64,000 bases of DNA, from contig JAWLHJ010000006.1 of assembly GCA_041690395.1 (NCBI GenBank), positions 6,530 through 70,529 of the forward strand, in the 5' to 3' direction. This DNA is from Longimicrobiales bacterium. GTDB lineage: Bacteria > Gemmatimonadota > Gemmatimonadetes > Longimicrobiales > Gaopeijiaceae. This document shows, in pieces, positions 47,692 to 58,265 of the stretch. Under the pieces are notes generated by a model. It was not told the origin of the DNA and ran no database searches. It worked only from the letters and a program-made list of their open reading frames with translations. Position numbers and translations under genes: made by a program. The number at the start of each line of letters is the position of its first letter. Position 1 is the first letter of the stretch.

Positions 47692-48848
47692 TGGCACGCA
47701 CGAAGAAGAAGGACCCGCAGAGTTACTCAGCGGGCGAGAAGGGCCGGAACCGGGTGCGGGTGTTCCCCGATCCCAAGACCGGCATCCACCAGATCGAGTG
47801 GCGGGAGCACGGCAAGCGACGCACGAAGTCGCTGAAGCACCGTGACTGGGATAAGGCGAAGGCGCAGGCGGATGATTTCGCCGCCAACTACGTCGAGCCC
47901 GACCCCGAAGCGGAGGCCGAACCCGAGCCGCTCACGCTGGGCCAGCTGTTTGAGATGTACCTGGAAGAGGTGACGCCGACGAAGAGCACAGGCGTGCAGA
48001 AGTTCGACCGGGCCGCCGCGAAGAGACTACTACAATCACTCGGGTCCGAAGCTCTACCGAGCCGACTCACTCGAACAGAGTGGGACCTGTTCATCAGGCA
48101 GCGCAGCTCCGGCAAGATTACGGGGCACAAGGTCGGGCCCAGAACGGTCGCGAGGGACCTCAAGTTCCTACACGCGGTGCTGAACTGGGCGACGTTGTCC
48201 ACCGACGGTGACGGCGGGCTCCTGATGGACCGCAACCCTTTGCGTGGACTTCCGATGCCCGCGGAGAGGAACCCCAAGCGTCCCATGGTGAGTGACGCGG
48301 AGTATCAGGCACTCCTGGACGTAGCAGACGAGATCGACCCGATGCTCCGGACCCTGTTCATCGTGGCAAGTGAGACTGGCCACCGGATCGGCGCCGTTCG
48401 ACAGCTTCGGTGGTCGGACGTGGACCTGCGAGCGAAGAGCATCCGGTGGCGCGCGGAGTGTGACAAGCTCGGCCACGAGCATGTGACGCCGCTCACTGAG
48501 GCAGCCCGTAATGCCTTGGAAGCCCGCAGGAGAGACGCGCCGGGTATCGGAAACTCCTACGTGTTCGGGGCGCCCCAGGACCCGTCCAAGCCTGTTTCCA
48601 GGCATCTGGTCAGGGACTGGTGGCGCAAGGCCGAGGAGCTTGCTGGCCTGGAGCGAATCGAAGGCCGGGGGTGGCACTCGCTGCGAAGAAAGTTCGCCTC
48701 GGACCTCATGGAGATGCCGCTCAAAGTCCTGTGCCAGCTGGGTGGCTGGAACGGCACCGACACCGTCGTCGAGTGCTACCAGCACGCAGACCAGGAGCGG
48801 CTCCGGGAAGCCCTGGCGGCACGCAGAAAGGGCCGCACAGGGTCCTGA
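47691..48848 (+). CDS. Tyrosine integrase
   Basis: ETGHRIGAVRQLRWSDVD (R), WHSLRR (HxxR), LGGW, ECYQH (Y); adjacent to the tRNA att site. Confidence 0.93.
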   Translation: MARTKKKDPQSYSAGEKGRNRVRVFPDPKTGIHQIEWREHGKRRTKSLKHRDWDKAKAQADDFAANYVEPDPEAEAEPEPLTLGQLFEMYLEEVTPTKSTGVQKFDRAAAKRLLQSLGSEALPSRLTRTEWDLFIRQRSSGKITGHKVGPRTVARDLKFLHAVLNWATLSTDGDGGLLMDRNPLRGLPMPAERNPKRPMVSDAEYQALLDVADEIDPMLRTLFIVASETGHRIGAVRQLRWSDVDLRAKSIRWRAECDKLGHEHVTPLTEAARNALEARRRDAPGIGNSYVFGAPQDPSKPVSRHLVRDWWRKAEELAGLERIEGRGWHSLRRKFASDLMEMPLKVLCQLGGWNGTDTVVECYQHADQERLREALAARRKGRTGS

Positions 48849-48941
48849 ACAGCGGGAATGAACAGCGGGAATCACTGCCACCCCGAACGCACGAAGCCCC
48901 GCCCAAGGTCGTAACCTCAAGCGGGGCCATGCTTTACTGAA

Positions 48942-49015
48942 TGCGCCCGGCTGGATTCGAACCAGCGACCTCATGCTCCGGAGGCATGCGCTCTATCCAA
49001 CTGAGCTACGGGCGC
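48942..49015 (-). tRNA. tRNA-Arg (CCG)
   Basis: GCGCCCG-TA-GCTC-AGTTGGATA-GAGC-G-CATGC-CTCCGGA-GCATG-AGGTC-GCTGG-TTCGAAT-CCAGC-CGGGCGC-A cloverleaf; CCA not encoded. Confidence 0.98.
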
Positions 49016-49139
49016 GGCGCTGTGAAGAGGGGTAAGGTAACGTCGGGGGGACTTGGGCTCCACCACCCGGGCGGCTGTCATATACGTGGGCCCGAGACGA
49101 CACTCATTCCCGAAGCGCAGGACCTCCGACCACGTCCGC

Positions 49140-49685
49140 ATGGCACAGCCACCAACCGACAGCGATGATCTGGAGGCTCGGCTCGCCGGCCTGCACGTGG
49201 CCAGCTTCGGCTGGGCGTGTTCCTGCTGTGCATGGAACGAAGCGGATGCGGAGGATGTCTTGCAGGACGTGTATCTGAAGGTGATCTCGGGAAAGGCGTC
49301 GTTCGATGGACGCTCGGGCTTTCGGACCTGGCTCTTCGGGGTGATCCGGTACACGGCGCTGGAGCGTCGGAGGCGAGTCCGGTCCTTGGATGCCTTCCGG
49401 GAGCGGCTGGCGACCGAGGTCGCGGCCGAGGCGGAGACCGGGGTCCCGCCGGAGGACGGCACGGAGGAGGAAGATCGGGCACGGGCGCTCCGGTCGGCGT
49501 TGCGGTCGCTGGCGGCCCGGCAGCGCGAGGTCGTGCATCTGGTGTTCTACGAGGGGATGACCATCGGTGAGGCGGCAGAGGTGATGGCGATATCGATCGG
49601 GTCGGCGCGGGTGCATTACGACCGGGCCAAGAAGCGACTGAGGGCCCTGCTTCTGGAAGAAGCCATGGGTGGAGGCGCGCGATGA
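49140..49685 (+). CDS. ECF RNA polymerase sigma factor
   Basis: DAEDVLQDVY...FDGRSGFRTWLF; region 4 RQREVVHL...EAAEVM...GSARVHYDRAK. Confidence 0.92.
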   Translation: MAQPPTDSDDLEARLAGLHVASFGWACSCCAWNEADAEDVLQDVYLKVISGKASFDGRSGFRTWLFGVIRYTALERRRRVRSLDAFRERLATEVAAEAETGVPPEDGTEEEDRARALRSALRSLAARQREVVHLVFYEGMTIGEAAEVMAISIGSARVHYDRAKKRLRALLLEEAMGGGAR

Positions 49686-50140
49686 CTCAGGGCGGGAACG
49701 ACCGGGATCTTCAACGGGACTTCGAGGCGCTTCGGGAACGGGTAGAGGGTTCGGGGAGGATCCCGGATTTCGCGGCCATGATGGCCCGCGCCCGTGCGGA
49801 CGCCGCAGGCCTCGGGGAGGACGCAGCCCCGGCACCGGAATCCGGGCGATCGGGCTCGGGAGTCGGGACCCGGCGGAGTCCCTGGGTCCGGTGGGCGCCT
49901 CTGGCGGCGGCCGCCGTCGCGGCGGGGGTGCTCCTGATCGGAGGGCCGGGAACGAGCGCCGACGCCGAATTCGAGCGGCTGGTCGCGGACTACAGCTCCA
50001 CGATCGCGCCCACGGCACGACAGTCGCCTACCGCATCCCTGATGAACATTCCGGGCATCGACCTCGGTGCCGTGCCATCCTTCGGCGCATACTCGAGGGG
50101 TGTCCCCAGCTCCAATGAAGCTCAGGAGAGGAATCGATGA
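49682..50140 (+). CDS. Putative anti-sigma/membrane protein
   Basis: Single TM, coupled to the ECF gene. Confidence 0.65.
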   Translation: MTQGGNDRDLQRDFEALRERVEGSGRIPDFAAMMARARADAAGLGEDAAPAPESGRSGSGVGTRRSPWVRWAPLAAAAVAAGVLLIGGPGTSADAEFERLVADYSSTIAPTARQSPTASLMNIPGIDLGAVPSFGAYSRGVPSSNEAQERNR

Positions 50141-50577
50141 CGACCCTGCGGACCCTCGTGCTCTGCGGAGCGATCCTGGGCCTCGCGGCGCCCGCCTCGG
50201 CTCAGGAGCGGCCGGCGGCCGTCCAGGAAGACCCCCTGTTCCAGACGCTCTTCCCGCCCGAGCTGATCATGCAGCACCGGCGAGCGATCGGGTTGAACGA
50301 CGAGCAGCGCGACGCGATCAGTCGGCTGATCTCCGACCTCCAGGGTCGGGTGCTCGGCCTCCAGTGGGAGCTGATGGCGGAGGTGGAGGAGCTGGCGGCG
50401 GTCACCAGTCCCCCGCGCGTCGACCTGGACCGCGCGGCGGATCAGATGAACGCGGTGCTCGACACCGAACGTGCGGTGAAGCAGGCCCATCTGGAGATGC
50501 TGGTGCGCATCAAGAATCTCCTCACGCGGGAACAGCAGGAGATCCTCACGTCCCTGCGGGCAGGCGGAGAGGGCTGA
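50137..50577 (+). CDS. Periplasmic Spy/CpxP-like (heavy-metal sensor-like) protein
   Basis: Signal peptide, IGLNDEQR...LLTREQ motifs. Confidence 0.8.
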   Translation: MTTLRTLVLCGAILGLAAPASAQERPAAVQEDPLFQTLFPPELIMQHRRAIGLNDEQRDAISRLISDLQGRVLGLQWELMAEVEELAAVTSPPRVDLDRAADQMNAVLDTERAVKQAHLEMLVRIKNLLTREQQEILTSLRAGGEG

Positions 50578-50598
50578 ACCCCGCCGCCGCGCCGCGCC

Positions 50599-51240
50599 TC
50601 AATTCATGCGGGGCCACCACGCCACGCCGAGGTTGAAACGCGCGGACGTGGCATCGACGTCGAATCCGGATGCGGACACGTTGTCCACCCGCAGCGTCGT
50701 GAACTCGCCGCCCGTCCAGAGGAGCTGGGCGTCGAGCGAGAACGCCTCCGAAAGGTGGACCGCCAACCCGCCTCCCAGGGTGAGCCCGCCGCCCGACAGC
50801 TCGACCTCGTTCCTCTGGACCCCATCGACCATGGGATCTTCGACCGTGACCGCGCGGAAGGTGAACGCCGCCTGCGCATAAGGCACCCAACGCCGCAGCG
50901 TGCTCGCGAAGTGATACCGGACACCGAGATCCACGTGCCCCAGCCGCCAGTCGCCCTCGACGTCCCCGGACACCTGGTCGTCGAACTGGGCGCCGTCCAA
51001 CTGGGCGAACAGCATGAAGTTTCGGTTGAAGCCGTACCCGACCGAGAGACCACCGCCAGCGGCCCCGTTGCTGTCCTCCCCCTCGACCGTGAGCGATGCG
51101 CCCGAGAGGTGGAAGCCGAGGCTGAGTCCGCGCGTCGTGGAAGACTGGGCCAGCGCCCCGGCCGGCACCGTCAGGAGGACGAGGACCGCGGCAAGATGGA
51201 GCGCATGGATGGGTCTCAAGGTGTGCCTCCGACCGCGCAA
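50599..51240 (-). CDS. Outer-membrane beta-barrel protein
   Basis: Signal peptide, alternating beta-strands, C-terminal aromatic strand RFNLGVAWW. Confidence 0.8.
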   Translation of the reverse strand: MRGRRHTLRPIHALHLAAVLVLLTVPAGALAQSSTTRGLSLGFHLSGASLTVEGEDSNGAAGGGLSVGYGFNRNFMLFAQLDGAQFDDQVSGDVEGDWRLGHVDLGVRYHFASTLRRWVPYAQAAFTFRAVTVEDPMVDGVQRNEVELSGGGLTLGGGLAVHLSEAFSLDAQLLWTGGEFTTLRVDNVSASGFDVDATSARFNLGVAWWPRMN

Positions 51241-51332
51241 ACGGCGGTTCGATGTTCGATACGTGGGAAGGCAGGGCCGCGGCAGCGCGCCGCGACCCCG
51301 CCCGTGAGCTTACTGGACTCTACCCGCGACTG

Positions 51333-52439
51333 CTACAGGACGAAGCCCAGGAGGACGATCGCTCCGACCGGTCTCACCAGGTCCTCGACCAGGTGGAAAA
51401 CGTCTTCCACCACCTTCACGATGCCGTGGAGGAGCGCGATCTCGGTCAGGGTCAGCGCCTCGCCGGAGGAATCCGTGACGACGGGATCAGCCGCCGGCCC
51501 CCGCACGAGCGCGAACGGGGCCCCGTTCACCAGGACGACCCCGTCGAGCACGCCGTCCGCACCGCTCATCTCCACGCCGATGTGGTCGGCGCCGCTCCGG
51601 ATATCCAGCTCGACGTCGCCCTGACCCTCCTCGTCCTCCTCGACCCCGCGCACGTGACCCACGACGGTGAGATCGTGGTCGGGCACCCCGAGCTCGAAGT
51701 CGAGGTCGATCTGTCCCCCTGCGTCGGAGCCCTCCGCCGCCAGCGCGATATCGAACTCGAGCCTCGTCCCGTCACCGATGAGGAAGCCCGCGACCGTCAA
51801 CGCCGCGCTGGTCGCGTCGTGGTCGAGCGTCGTCCTGTAGTCGAGCAGGGTCTCCGCGTGTTGCACTACCTGCAACCGCAGGACGATGTCCTCCACGCTC
51901 CCGTCGCCCTCGTCCACCAGGTCCGCGTACCCGACCTCCTGGCCGGGGATGGGCTTCCCGTAGGCGTCCACCTCGTACAGGATGAACCGGACCCCGGTGG
52001 CGGGCGCGCCCTCGAGCGTCAGGTCCGGCCGGTACTCGTCCACTTCGGGGTCGTAGACGAACGTCGAACCGCGGTGCCATCCCGAGATGATCGGTCCCGC
52101 AGCGGGGGCCGCCGAAGCAGCGGACGCGGCCGCACCCATCCGGCGCGCCAGGTCCAGCGCGAATGCGCGGCCCCCGAGGTCCGCTTCGGCCGGCGTCATC
52201 GCCGCCACCGTCCCGATCACGGCCTCCGATGCTCCGAACGGCGTCCGGCCGGCGAGAGCGCGGAAGCCCGACAGGTCGTCGCTTCCCATCGCGGAGCGCA
52301 TCGCCTCGATTCCCTCACGGGCCGCTTCACCGTCGAGCTCTGCGGACATCTCCGGACTCATGCCCGGGTCGCACGCCGCGGCGGTCAGCGTGAGCGCGGC
52401 GACCGCGATCGCGCGCGCCGGGGTATTCCTGCGCATCAT
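51333..52439 (-). CDS. Lipoprotein of unknown function
   Basis: GGAGG RBS, lipobox AAAC. Confidence 0.72.
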   Translation of the reverse strand: MMRRNTPARAIAVAALTLTAAACDPGMSPEMSAELDGEAAREGIEAMRSAMGSDDLSGFRALAGRTPFGASEAVIGTVAAMTPAEADLGGRAFALDLARRMGAAASAASAAPAAGPIISGWHRGSTFVYDPEVDEYRPDLTLEGAPATGVRFILYEVDAYGKPIPGQEVGYADLVDEGDGSVEDIVLRLQVVQHAETLLDYRTTLDHDATSAALTVAGFLIGDGTRLEFDIALAAEGSDAGGQIDLDFELGVPDHDLTVVGHVRGVEEDEEGQGDVELDIRSGADHIGVEMSGADGVLDGVVLVNGAPFALVRGPAADPVVTDSSGEALTLTEIALLHGIVKVVEDVFHLVEDLVRPVGAIVLLGFVL

Positions 52440-52571
52440 CCTCCCCTCCAGTCTCGGTTGTCTGCCCATACTTCGTTCGCAGATGGGTGACATGAGGACG
52501 CGATTCATATGACGCGCCGGGGGTGGACATGCTTCGGCGCCCGCCGCGGTATCGCGGACGGGCGCCGAATG

Positions 52572-52937
<366 letters not shown>

Positions 52938-53066
52938 TTTTGATAGAACCCCCGGGAGTGGCGCGAAGGTCCCGGGAGGACGCTACCTTGGGAGCGGCCG
53001 CGCCGGGTGGAGCCGATCCGGCCGACCGTCGACGTCTTCCGGCCCGTGACTCGCGCCCCCGACCCG

Positions 53067-53786
53067 ATGCCCCAGTCCCCGCCCCAGCAGGCCTCTGCGA
53101 TGGGTGTGCTCGCGCGGGTCGTCAGCACCGGCGCATTCCTGATCGTCGGGCTGTGGGCCGCCCTCTTCTGGATGGAGGCCGAGAAGGAGATCCGGGTGCT
53201 CTGTGACACATTCACGCCGGGCACGCCGCTCGAGTCCGTGCGCGCCACGCTGGAGACCGGACGCTACCTCCGATCCCGTCTCGTCCTCGACGATGCGGGA
53301 GACCGGCTGGTCATCGACAGCGCCCGGAACCTCGGGCAGGCGACGTGCGTGTTGAGGCTGGACGGGGAGCGTGTGCTGGAGAGCCGGTATGCGAGGGCGT
53401 TCGACCTGCCGCGAATGGCCATGCTCACGGCCGTCCCGTTGCTCCTCGGGATGGCACTACTGCAGCTGGCGCTCGCCCTGGGCGCCCCGTTCGGGATGTT
53501 CGCATGGGGCGGAAAGCACGCGAGGCTCCCGACGCGCCTCCGCCGAACGAGCGCGGTGGCGGTCGTCGTCTTCGCCGCGGCCACCGTGGTGGTCCTGGGG
53601 GCGCGGGGGATCGTAGGTTCCATCGATCCCGGCACATTGGAAGCCCTGCTCTGGGGGCTGGTCGCCCTCTTCGGCCTCAGCACGCTCGCCAACAGCGCCT
53701 CCGGACGTCTCGTCGAGCGCTTGACCGGAACGCCGGTCGCCTTCCTCCTGTGTATCTCCTGCGCCGTGCTGGCGCTCTCGTTCTGA
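53067..53786 (+). CDS. Membrane protein of unknown function
   Basis: Several TM helices; QLALALGAPFG..AWGG motif. Confidence 0.7.
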   Translation: MPQSPPQQASAMGVLARVVSTGAFLIVGLWAALFWMEAEKEIRVLCDTFTPGTPLESVRATLETGRYLRSRLVLDDAGDRLVIDSARNLGQATCVLRLDGERVLESRYARAFDLPRMAMLTAVPLLLGMALLQLALALGAPFGMFAWGGKHARLPTRLRRTSAVAVVVFAAATVVVLGARGIVGSIDPGTLEALLWGLVALFGLSTLANSASGRLVERLTGTPVAFLLCISCAVLALSF

Positions 53787-53799
53787 AGGAGCTCCGTCC

Positions 53800-54366
53800 A
53801 TGCTGTTGGTCCGTCGCGCTCTCGCCGCCTTCGTCGTCCTGCTCGCCCTGGGCGGGCCCGTGGTCCTCGCCGAGCCCGCCGCCGGGCAGACCGCGCACTC
53901 CGCGCACCCGGACCACTCCGAGCCCACGGTCGTCTACCTCGTGCGGCACGCCGAGCGCGCGGAGGACGGCACGAACGACCCACCGATCTCCGACGCCGGC
54001 GAGGCCAGGGCACACCTCCTCGCGGAGATACTGCGGGACACCGGGATCGAGCGGGTTCATTCGACCGACTACAAGCGCACCCGGGCCACGGCCGCACCGT
54101 TGGCCCGGCGGCTCGGGCTCCCGGTGGAGACGTACGAAGGGAGCGACCTCGCTGGGCTCGCGGAGCGGATCCGCGCCGACGGAGGGCGTCACCTCGTCGT
54201 GGGCCACAGCAACACGACGCCGGACGCGGTCGCCGCGCTGGGGGGCGAGCCCGGCCCGCCCATCGACGAGATGGAGTACGACCGCCTCTATGTGGTCACG
54301 CTGACCCGGGACGGGGCGTCGACGGTCCTCCTGCGGTTCGGCGCCCTCTCCTCCCCGCCCGGCTGA
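53800..54366 (+). CDS. Histidine phosphatase (phosphoglycerate mutase/SixA family), secreted
   Basis: YLVRHAE, RTRATA, VVGHSNT. Confidence 0.9.
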   Translation: MLLVRRALAAFVVLLALGGPVVLAEPAAGQTAHSAHPDHSEPTVVYLVRHAERAEDGTNDPPISDAGEARAHLLAEILRDTGIERVHSTDYKRTRATAAPLARRLGLPVETYEGSDLAGLAERIRADGGRHLVVGHSNTTPDAVAALGGEPGPPIDEMEYDRLYVVTLTRDGASTVLLRFGALSSPPG

Positions 54367-54399
54367 GCGGAAGAGGCGCTCGATGACCGGCGGGACGGC

Positions 54400-55866
54400 A
54401 TGAGCTGGGACGTGGTCGTGGTCGGCGCCGGGCCCAACGGTCTGGCCGCCGCGATCACGCTGGCGCGTGAGGGGCTCCGGACGCTGCTCCTCGAGGCGAA
54501 CGATCAGGTGGGCGGCGCCGCCCGCACGGAGCGGCTCACGCTTCCGGGCTTCCACCACGACGTTGGATCGGCGGTGTATCCCATGGGCGTGGCGTCGCCC
54601 TTCTTCCGGAGCCTGGCCCTGGAGGAGCACGGACTCGAATGGGTCCATCCGGACATCACGCTGGCACACCCGCTGGAAGGGGCCCGCGCGGTCACGCTGC
54701 ACCGCGACCTGGAGGAGACCGCGCGACGCCTCGAGGGGGCGGGGCCGGACTATCTCCGGCTCATGAAGCCGATCGTGGAGCGTTGGCCGACGCTCGCCGA
54801 GCATGTGCTCGACACCCCGTTCCGGATCCCGAGCGCGCCGGTCCTGATGGCCCGCTTCGGGTTGCGGGCGCTCAGGCCGACGGTAGCGCTCGCCGACCGT
54901 CTCCCGGGGGAGGAGGCCAAGGCGCTTCTCGCCGGTAACGCCGCGCACTCCGGCGCGCCGCTCGACACCATTCCACCCTCGGGCGTGGGGCTGGTCCTGA
55001 TGGCCGCGGGGCACGCGGTCGGTTGGCCCATGCCACGCGGCGGCGCCGGACGCATCACCGGCGCGATGGAACGCTGCTTCCTGGAGCTGGGCGGCACCGT
55101 CGAGACCGGCCACCGGGTGGCCCGGCTCGAGGAGCTTCCCCCGGCCCGAGCGGTCGTCCTCGCGTTGACCCCGGCCCAGATCGCTCGGATCGGCGGCGAC
55201 GCTCTTCCGGCCCGCTACCGGCAGCGCCTCACGCGCTGGAGCTACGGGCCAGGCGCGTTCAAGGTCGACTGGGCGCTGGACGCGCCGATCCCCTGGGCGG
55301 CCGAAGCCTGCCGTCGGGCGGGGACGATCCACGTCGGTGGCGGGCTCGACGAGATCGCCCGAGCGGAGCGGACGGTGTGGGATGGGCAGCCGTCCGAGCG
55401 GCCCTTCGTGCTGGTCGCCCAGCCGTCGCTCCACGACGAGACGAGGGCCCCGCGCGGCCGCCACACGGCCTGGGCGTACTGCCACGTCCCGAACGGATGG
55501 CCCGGCGACGCCACCCAGGCGATCGAGGCCCAGATCGAGCGGTTCGCCCCGGGCTTCCGCGACGTCGTTCTCGACCGGGTCGCGCACGGGCCCCGGGCGC
55601 TCGAGACATGGAACGCGAACCTCGTCGGCGGAGACGTGAACGGCGGCGCCATGACACCCTCGCAGTGGTTCGGGCCAGACCGCTGGAAGGGTCCGTGGTC
55701 GACCCCCGTCGAGGCTCTGTACGTGTGCTCGGCGGCCACTCCTCCCGGTGGCGGTGTACACGGCATGTGCGGATACCACGCGGCGCGGACGGCCCTCCGT
55801 GACACGTTCGGCATTCGGGTTCCGCGCGTGCCCGCCCCGCGGGACGTTTCCGGATCGGGTGCGTGA
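54400..55866 (+). CDS. FAD-dependent oxidoreductase, phytoene desaturase-like
   Basis: VVVGAGPNGL...VGGA; C-terminal TPPGGGVHGMCG. Confidence 0.9.
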   Translation: MSWDVVVVGAGPNGLAAAITLAREGLRTLLLEANDQVGGAARTERLTLPGFHHDVGSAVYPMGVASPFFRSLALEEHGLEWVHPDITLAHPLEGARAVTLHRDLEETARRLEGAGPDYLRLMKPIVERWPTLAEHVLDTPFRIPSAPVLMARFGLRALRPTVALADRLPGEEAKALLAGNAAHSGAPLDTIPPSGVGLVLMAAGHAVGWPMPRGGAGRITGAMERCFLELGGTVETGHRVARLEELPPARAVVLALTPAQIARIGGDALPARYRQRLTRWSYGPGAFKVDWALDAPIPWAAEACRRAGTIHVGGGLDEIARAERTVWDGQPSERPFVLVAQPSLHDETRAPRGRHTAWAYCHVPNGWPGDATQAIEAQIERFAPGFRDVVLDRVAHGPRALETWNANLVGGDVNGGAMTPSQWFGPDRWKGPWSTPVEALYVCSAATPPGGGVHGMCGYHAARTALRDTFGIRVPRVPAPRDVSGSGA

Positions 55867-55925
55867 CCCTACCGTAGTGCGCCCCCCGATGCGCCATCCT
55901 GACCCATAGCCACACGCTCGACCCT

Positions 55926-58265
55926 GTGGAGGCATTCATCGATACCAGCGAGACGTCCCCGGCCCGGAGTGCCCTGACGCTGGCCCTCTTCACGGCGGCG
56001 ATCGGGGTGGCGGCCGCGCTGCTCTTCGTCGTCCAGCCTATGGTCGGCAAGATGATCCTGCCGCGCGGCGGCGGGAGCCCGCAGGTCTGGATCACGGCGA
56101 TGGTGTTCTTCCAGGCGGCCCTGTTGGCGGGGTACGCCTACGCCCACTTCAGCGTCAGGCTGCTCGGCCCACGGCGGCAGATCGTCGCACACGCGGTGGT
56201 CCTGGCGCTCCCGGTGCTCGTCCTGCCGATCGCGCTCCCGGACCTGCCGCGCCCGGACGGCTCGGGCCCGTCGCTCTGGATCCTCACCCTCCTCACGCTC
56301 GGCGTGGGCGGACCGTTCTTCGTGCTCGCCTCGGCCAGCCCGCTCCTCCAGAGCTGGTTTTCGTCGACCAGCCATCACTCGGCGCGAGATCCGTACTTCC
56401 TGTACGCGAGCAGCAACGCGGGCAGCCTGCTCGGCCTGCTCGTGTACCCGTTCCTGGTCGAGCCGCTCCTGCCGCTGAGCGTCCAGTCGCGCTCGTGGGC
56501 CGTGGGGTACGGTATCTTCGCGCTGCTGGCGATCGGGTGCGCGGCCGTGGCGCTGCGCGCGGAGCGCTTCCGCTCGAGGGAGGACGCGCCACCCCCGCCC
56601 CCGCCGGACGCCGCCGCGCTCGACCCGACGACATCCACCGCGGTCGCGCCCGACGGACGCGACCGGCTGTTCTGGGTGGCCGCGGCCGCCATCCCGTCCG
56701 CCCTCCTCATGGGCGTGACCCATTTCCTCACCAGCCGGATCGCGCCCGTCCCGCTTCTCTGGGTCCTCCCGCTCGCGCTCTACCTGGTCACCTTCATCGT
56801 GGCCTTCGCGCGCTACCGGACGGTGTCGACCGAGCGCGTGTCGCGGATCGTCGCGATCCTGGGCGTCTTCCTGGCACTGGCGCTGCTGGCCCGTCTGGGC
56901 GAGCCGACATGGCTCATCGTCCTCCTGCACCTGAGCATGCTGACGGCGGGCGCGCTCCTCTGCCACCAGCGTCTGGCCGAGCGGCGACCGGACCCGGCGC
57001 ACCTCACCGAGTTCTATCTCCTGATCTCGCTCGGAGGCGTGATCGGCGGAGCGTTCAGCGCGCTGGTGGCGCCGGTGGCGTTCAACGACATCGCCGAGTA
57101 TCCCATCGCGGTGGCGCTCGTGGCGCTCCTCCGGCTCCCGATGCGGAGCGGGCGCACGCGGGCCGGACAGGCACCGGACGACGAGGCGGGCGAGGGAAGT
57201 CGCGGCCGCGCGAGCCGTGCCGCGATCCCGGCCCCGTCGCGCCGCAAGAAGCTCCTCGACCTGGCGCTCCCGGCCGCCCTCGGCCTCTACCTGCTGCTCG
57301 GCGACCGCTTCCTGGCGCCGCTCGAGGAGATCCCGGACGGGCTCGTGGTCGTGCTGCTCGCGTTCGTCCCGGCGGTGATCGTGTTCACGTTCGCCACCCG
57401 GCCCATCCGCTACGCCCTCGGCCTCTCGCTCCTCTTCCTGTCGGCCAACTCGGGGCAGATGTACCGCGGCAGCGTGCTGCACCAGGACCGCACGTTCTTC
57501 GGGGTGTACAGCGTGACCACGGATCCCCAGGAAACGCTGGTCATGCTCTACCACGGAGCCACCGCGCACGGGATCCAGAGCCGGGACCCGGCGCTCGCCG
57601 GGGAGCCGCTGGCCTACTACCACCGGAGCGGGCCCGCCGGAAGCATCGTCGCGGCCCTCGCCCAGCGCCCGGACAAGCGGGAGATCGCCCTCGTGGGCGC
57701 GGGCACCGGGGCGCTGACGGCGCTCGCCGGTCCGCACCAGAGGGTCACCCTGTACGAGATCGACCCGGTCGTGATCGAGATCGCCGAGGACCCGCGCTAC
57801 TTCACGTTCCTCCGGGATGCCCGGGCGGAGTACGAGACGGTCATCGCCGACGGCCGGATCGCGCTGCAGGAGACGGACCGCCGCTTCGACCTGATCGTGC
57901 TCGACGCGTTCACGGGCGGCTCGATCCCGGTGCACCTGATGACACGCGAGGCAGTCCAGCTGTACCTCGAGCGGCTCCAGCCCCGGGGGGCGCTCCTGTT
58001 CCACGTCTCGAACCGGCATCTCGCGCTCGCGCCGGTGCTGGCCGGCCACGCACGCGATCTGGGGCTGATGGCGTACGAGCGGGTCGACGCCCGCACGGAC
58101 GTGGAGGAGGGCGTGTTCGGATCGCACTGGGTGATCCTGGTGCGGAGCCCGGAAGACCTGGCGGGCATCCCCGACACGGGGTGGCGCGAGCTCCGGGCCG
58201 GCCCGGACACGCCGACCTGGACCGACGACTTCTCGAACCTGCTGTCGGTACAGCGCTGGTTCTAG
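55926..58265 (+). CDS. Fused MFS-like/spermidine synthase-like membrane methyltransferase
   Basis: Many TM helices, DPYFLYASSNAGSL; C-terminal VGAGTG, EIDP, DLIVLDAF, HLMTREA. Confidence 0.9.
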   Translation: MEAFIDTSETSPARSALTLALFTAAIGVAAALLFVVQPMVGKMILPRGGGSPQVWITAMVFFQAALLAGYAYAHFSVRLLGPRRQIVAHAVVLALPVLVLPIALPDLPRPDGSGPSLWILTLLTLGVGGPFFVLASASPLLQSWFSSTSHHSARDPYFLYASSNAGSLLGLLVYPFLVEPLLPLSVQSRSWAVGYGIFALLAIGCAAVALRAERFRSREDAPPPPPPDAAALDPTTSTAVAPDGRDRLFWVAAAAIPSALLMGVTHFLTSRIAPVPLLWVLPLALYLVTFIVAFARYRTVSTERVSRIVAILGVFLALALLARLGEPTWLIVLLHLSMLTAGALLCHQRLAERRPDPAHLTEFYLLISLGGVIGGAFSALVAPVAFNDIAEYPIAVALVALLRLPMRSGRTRAGQAPDDEAGEGSRGRASRAAIPAPSRRKKLLDLALPAALGLYLLLGDRFLAPLEEIPDGLVVVLLAFVPAVIVFTFATRPIRYALGLSLLFLSANSGQMYRGSVLHQDRTFFGVYSVTTDPQETLVMLYHGATAHGIQSRDPALAGEPLAYYHRSGPAGSIVAALAQRPDKREIALVGAGTGALTALAGPHQRVTLYEIDPVVIEIAEDPRYFTFLRDARAEYETVIADGRIALQETDRRFDLIVLDAFTGGSIPVHLMTREAVQLYLERLQPRGALLFHVSNRHLALAPVLAGHARDLGLMAYERVDARTDVEEGVFGSHWVILVRSPEDLAGIPDTGWRELRAGPDTPTWTDDFSNLLSVQRWF

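Larger units (their letters stand above)
24580..48986. mobile_element. tRNA-Arg-integrated element (~24.4 kb) with defence cargo
   Basis: Flanking 46-bp direct repeat, integrase adjacent to the tRNA, HTH excisionase-like gene, replication ATPase, second tyrosine recombinase, A/T-richer composition. Confidence 0.93.

Noticed and set aside
24580..48986. Prophage or conjugative element (ICE)
   Set aside because: No recognisable terminase, capsid, tail, lysis, relaxase or T4SS genes.
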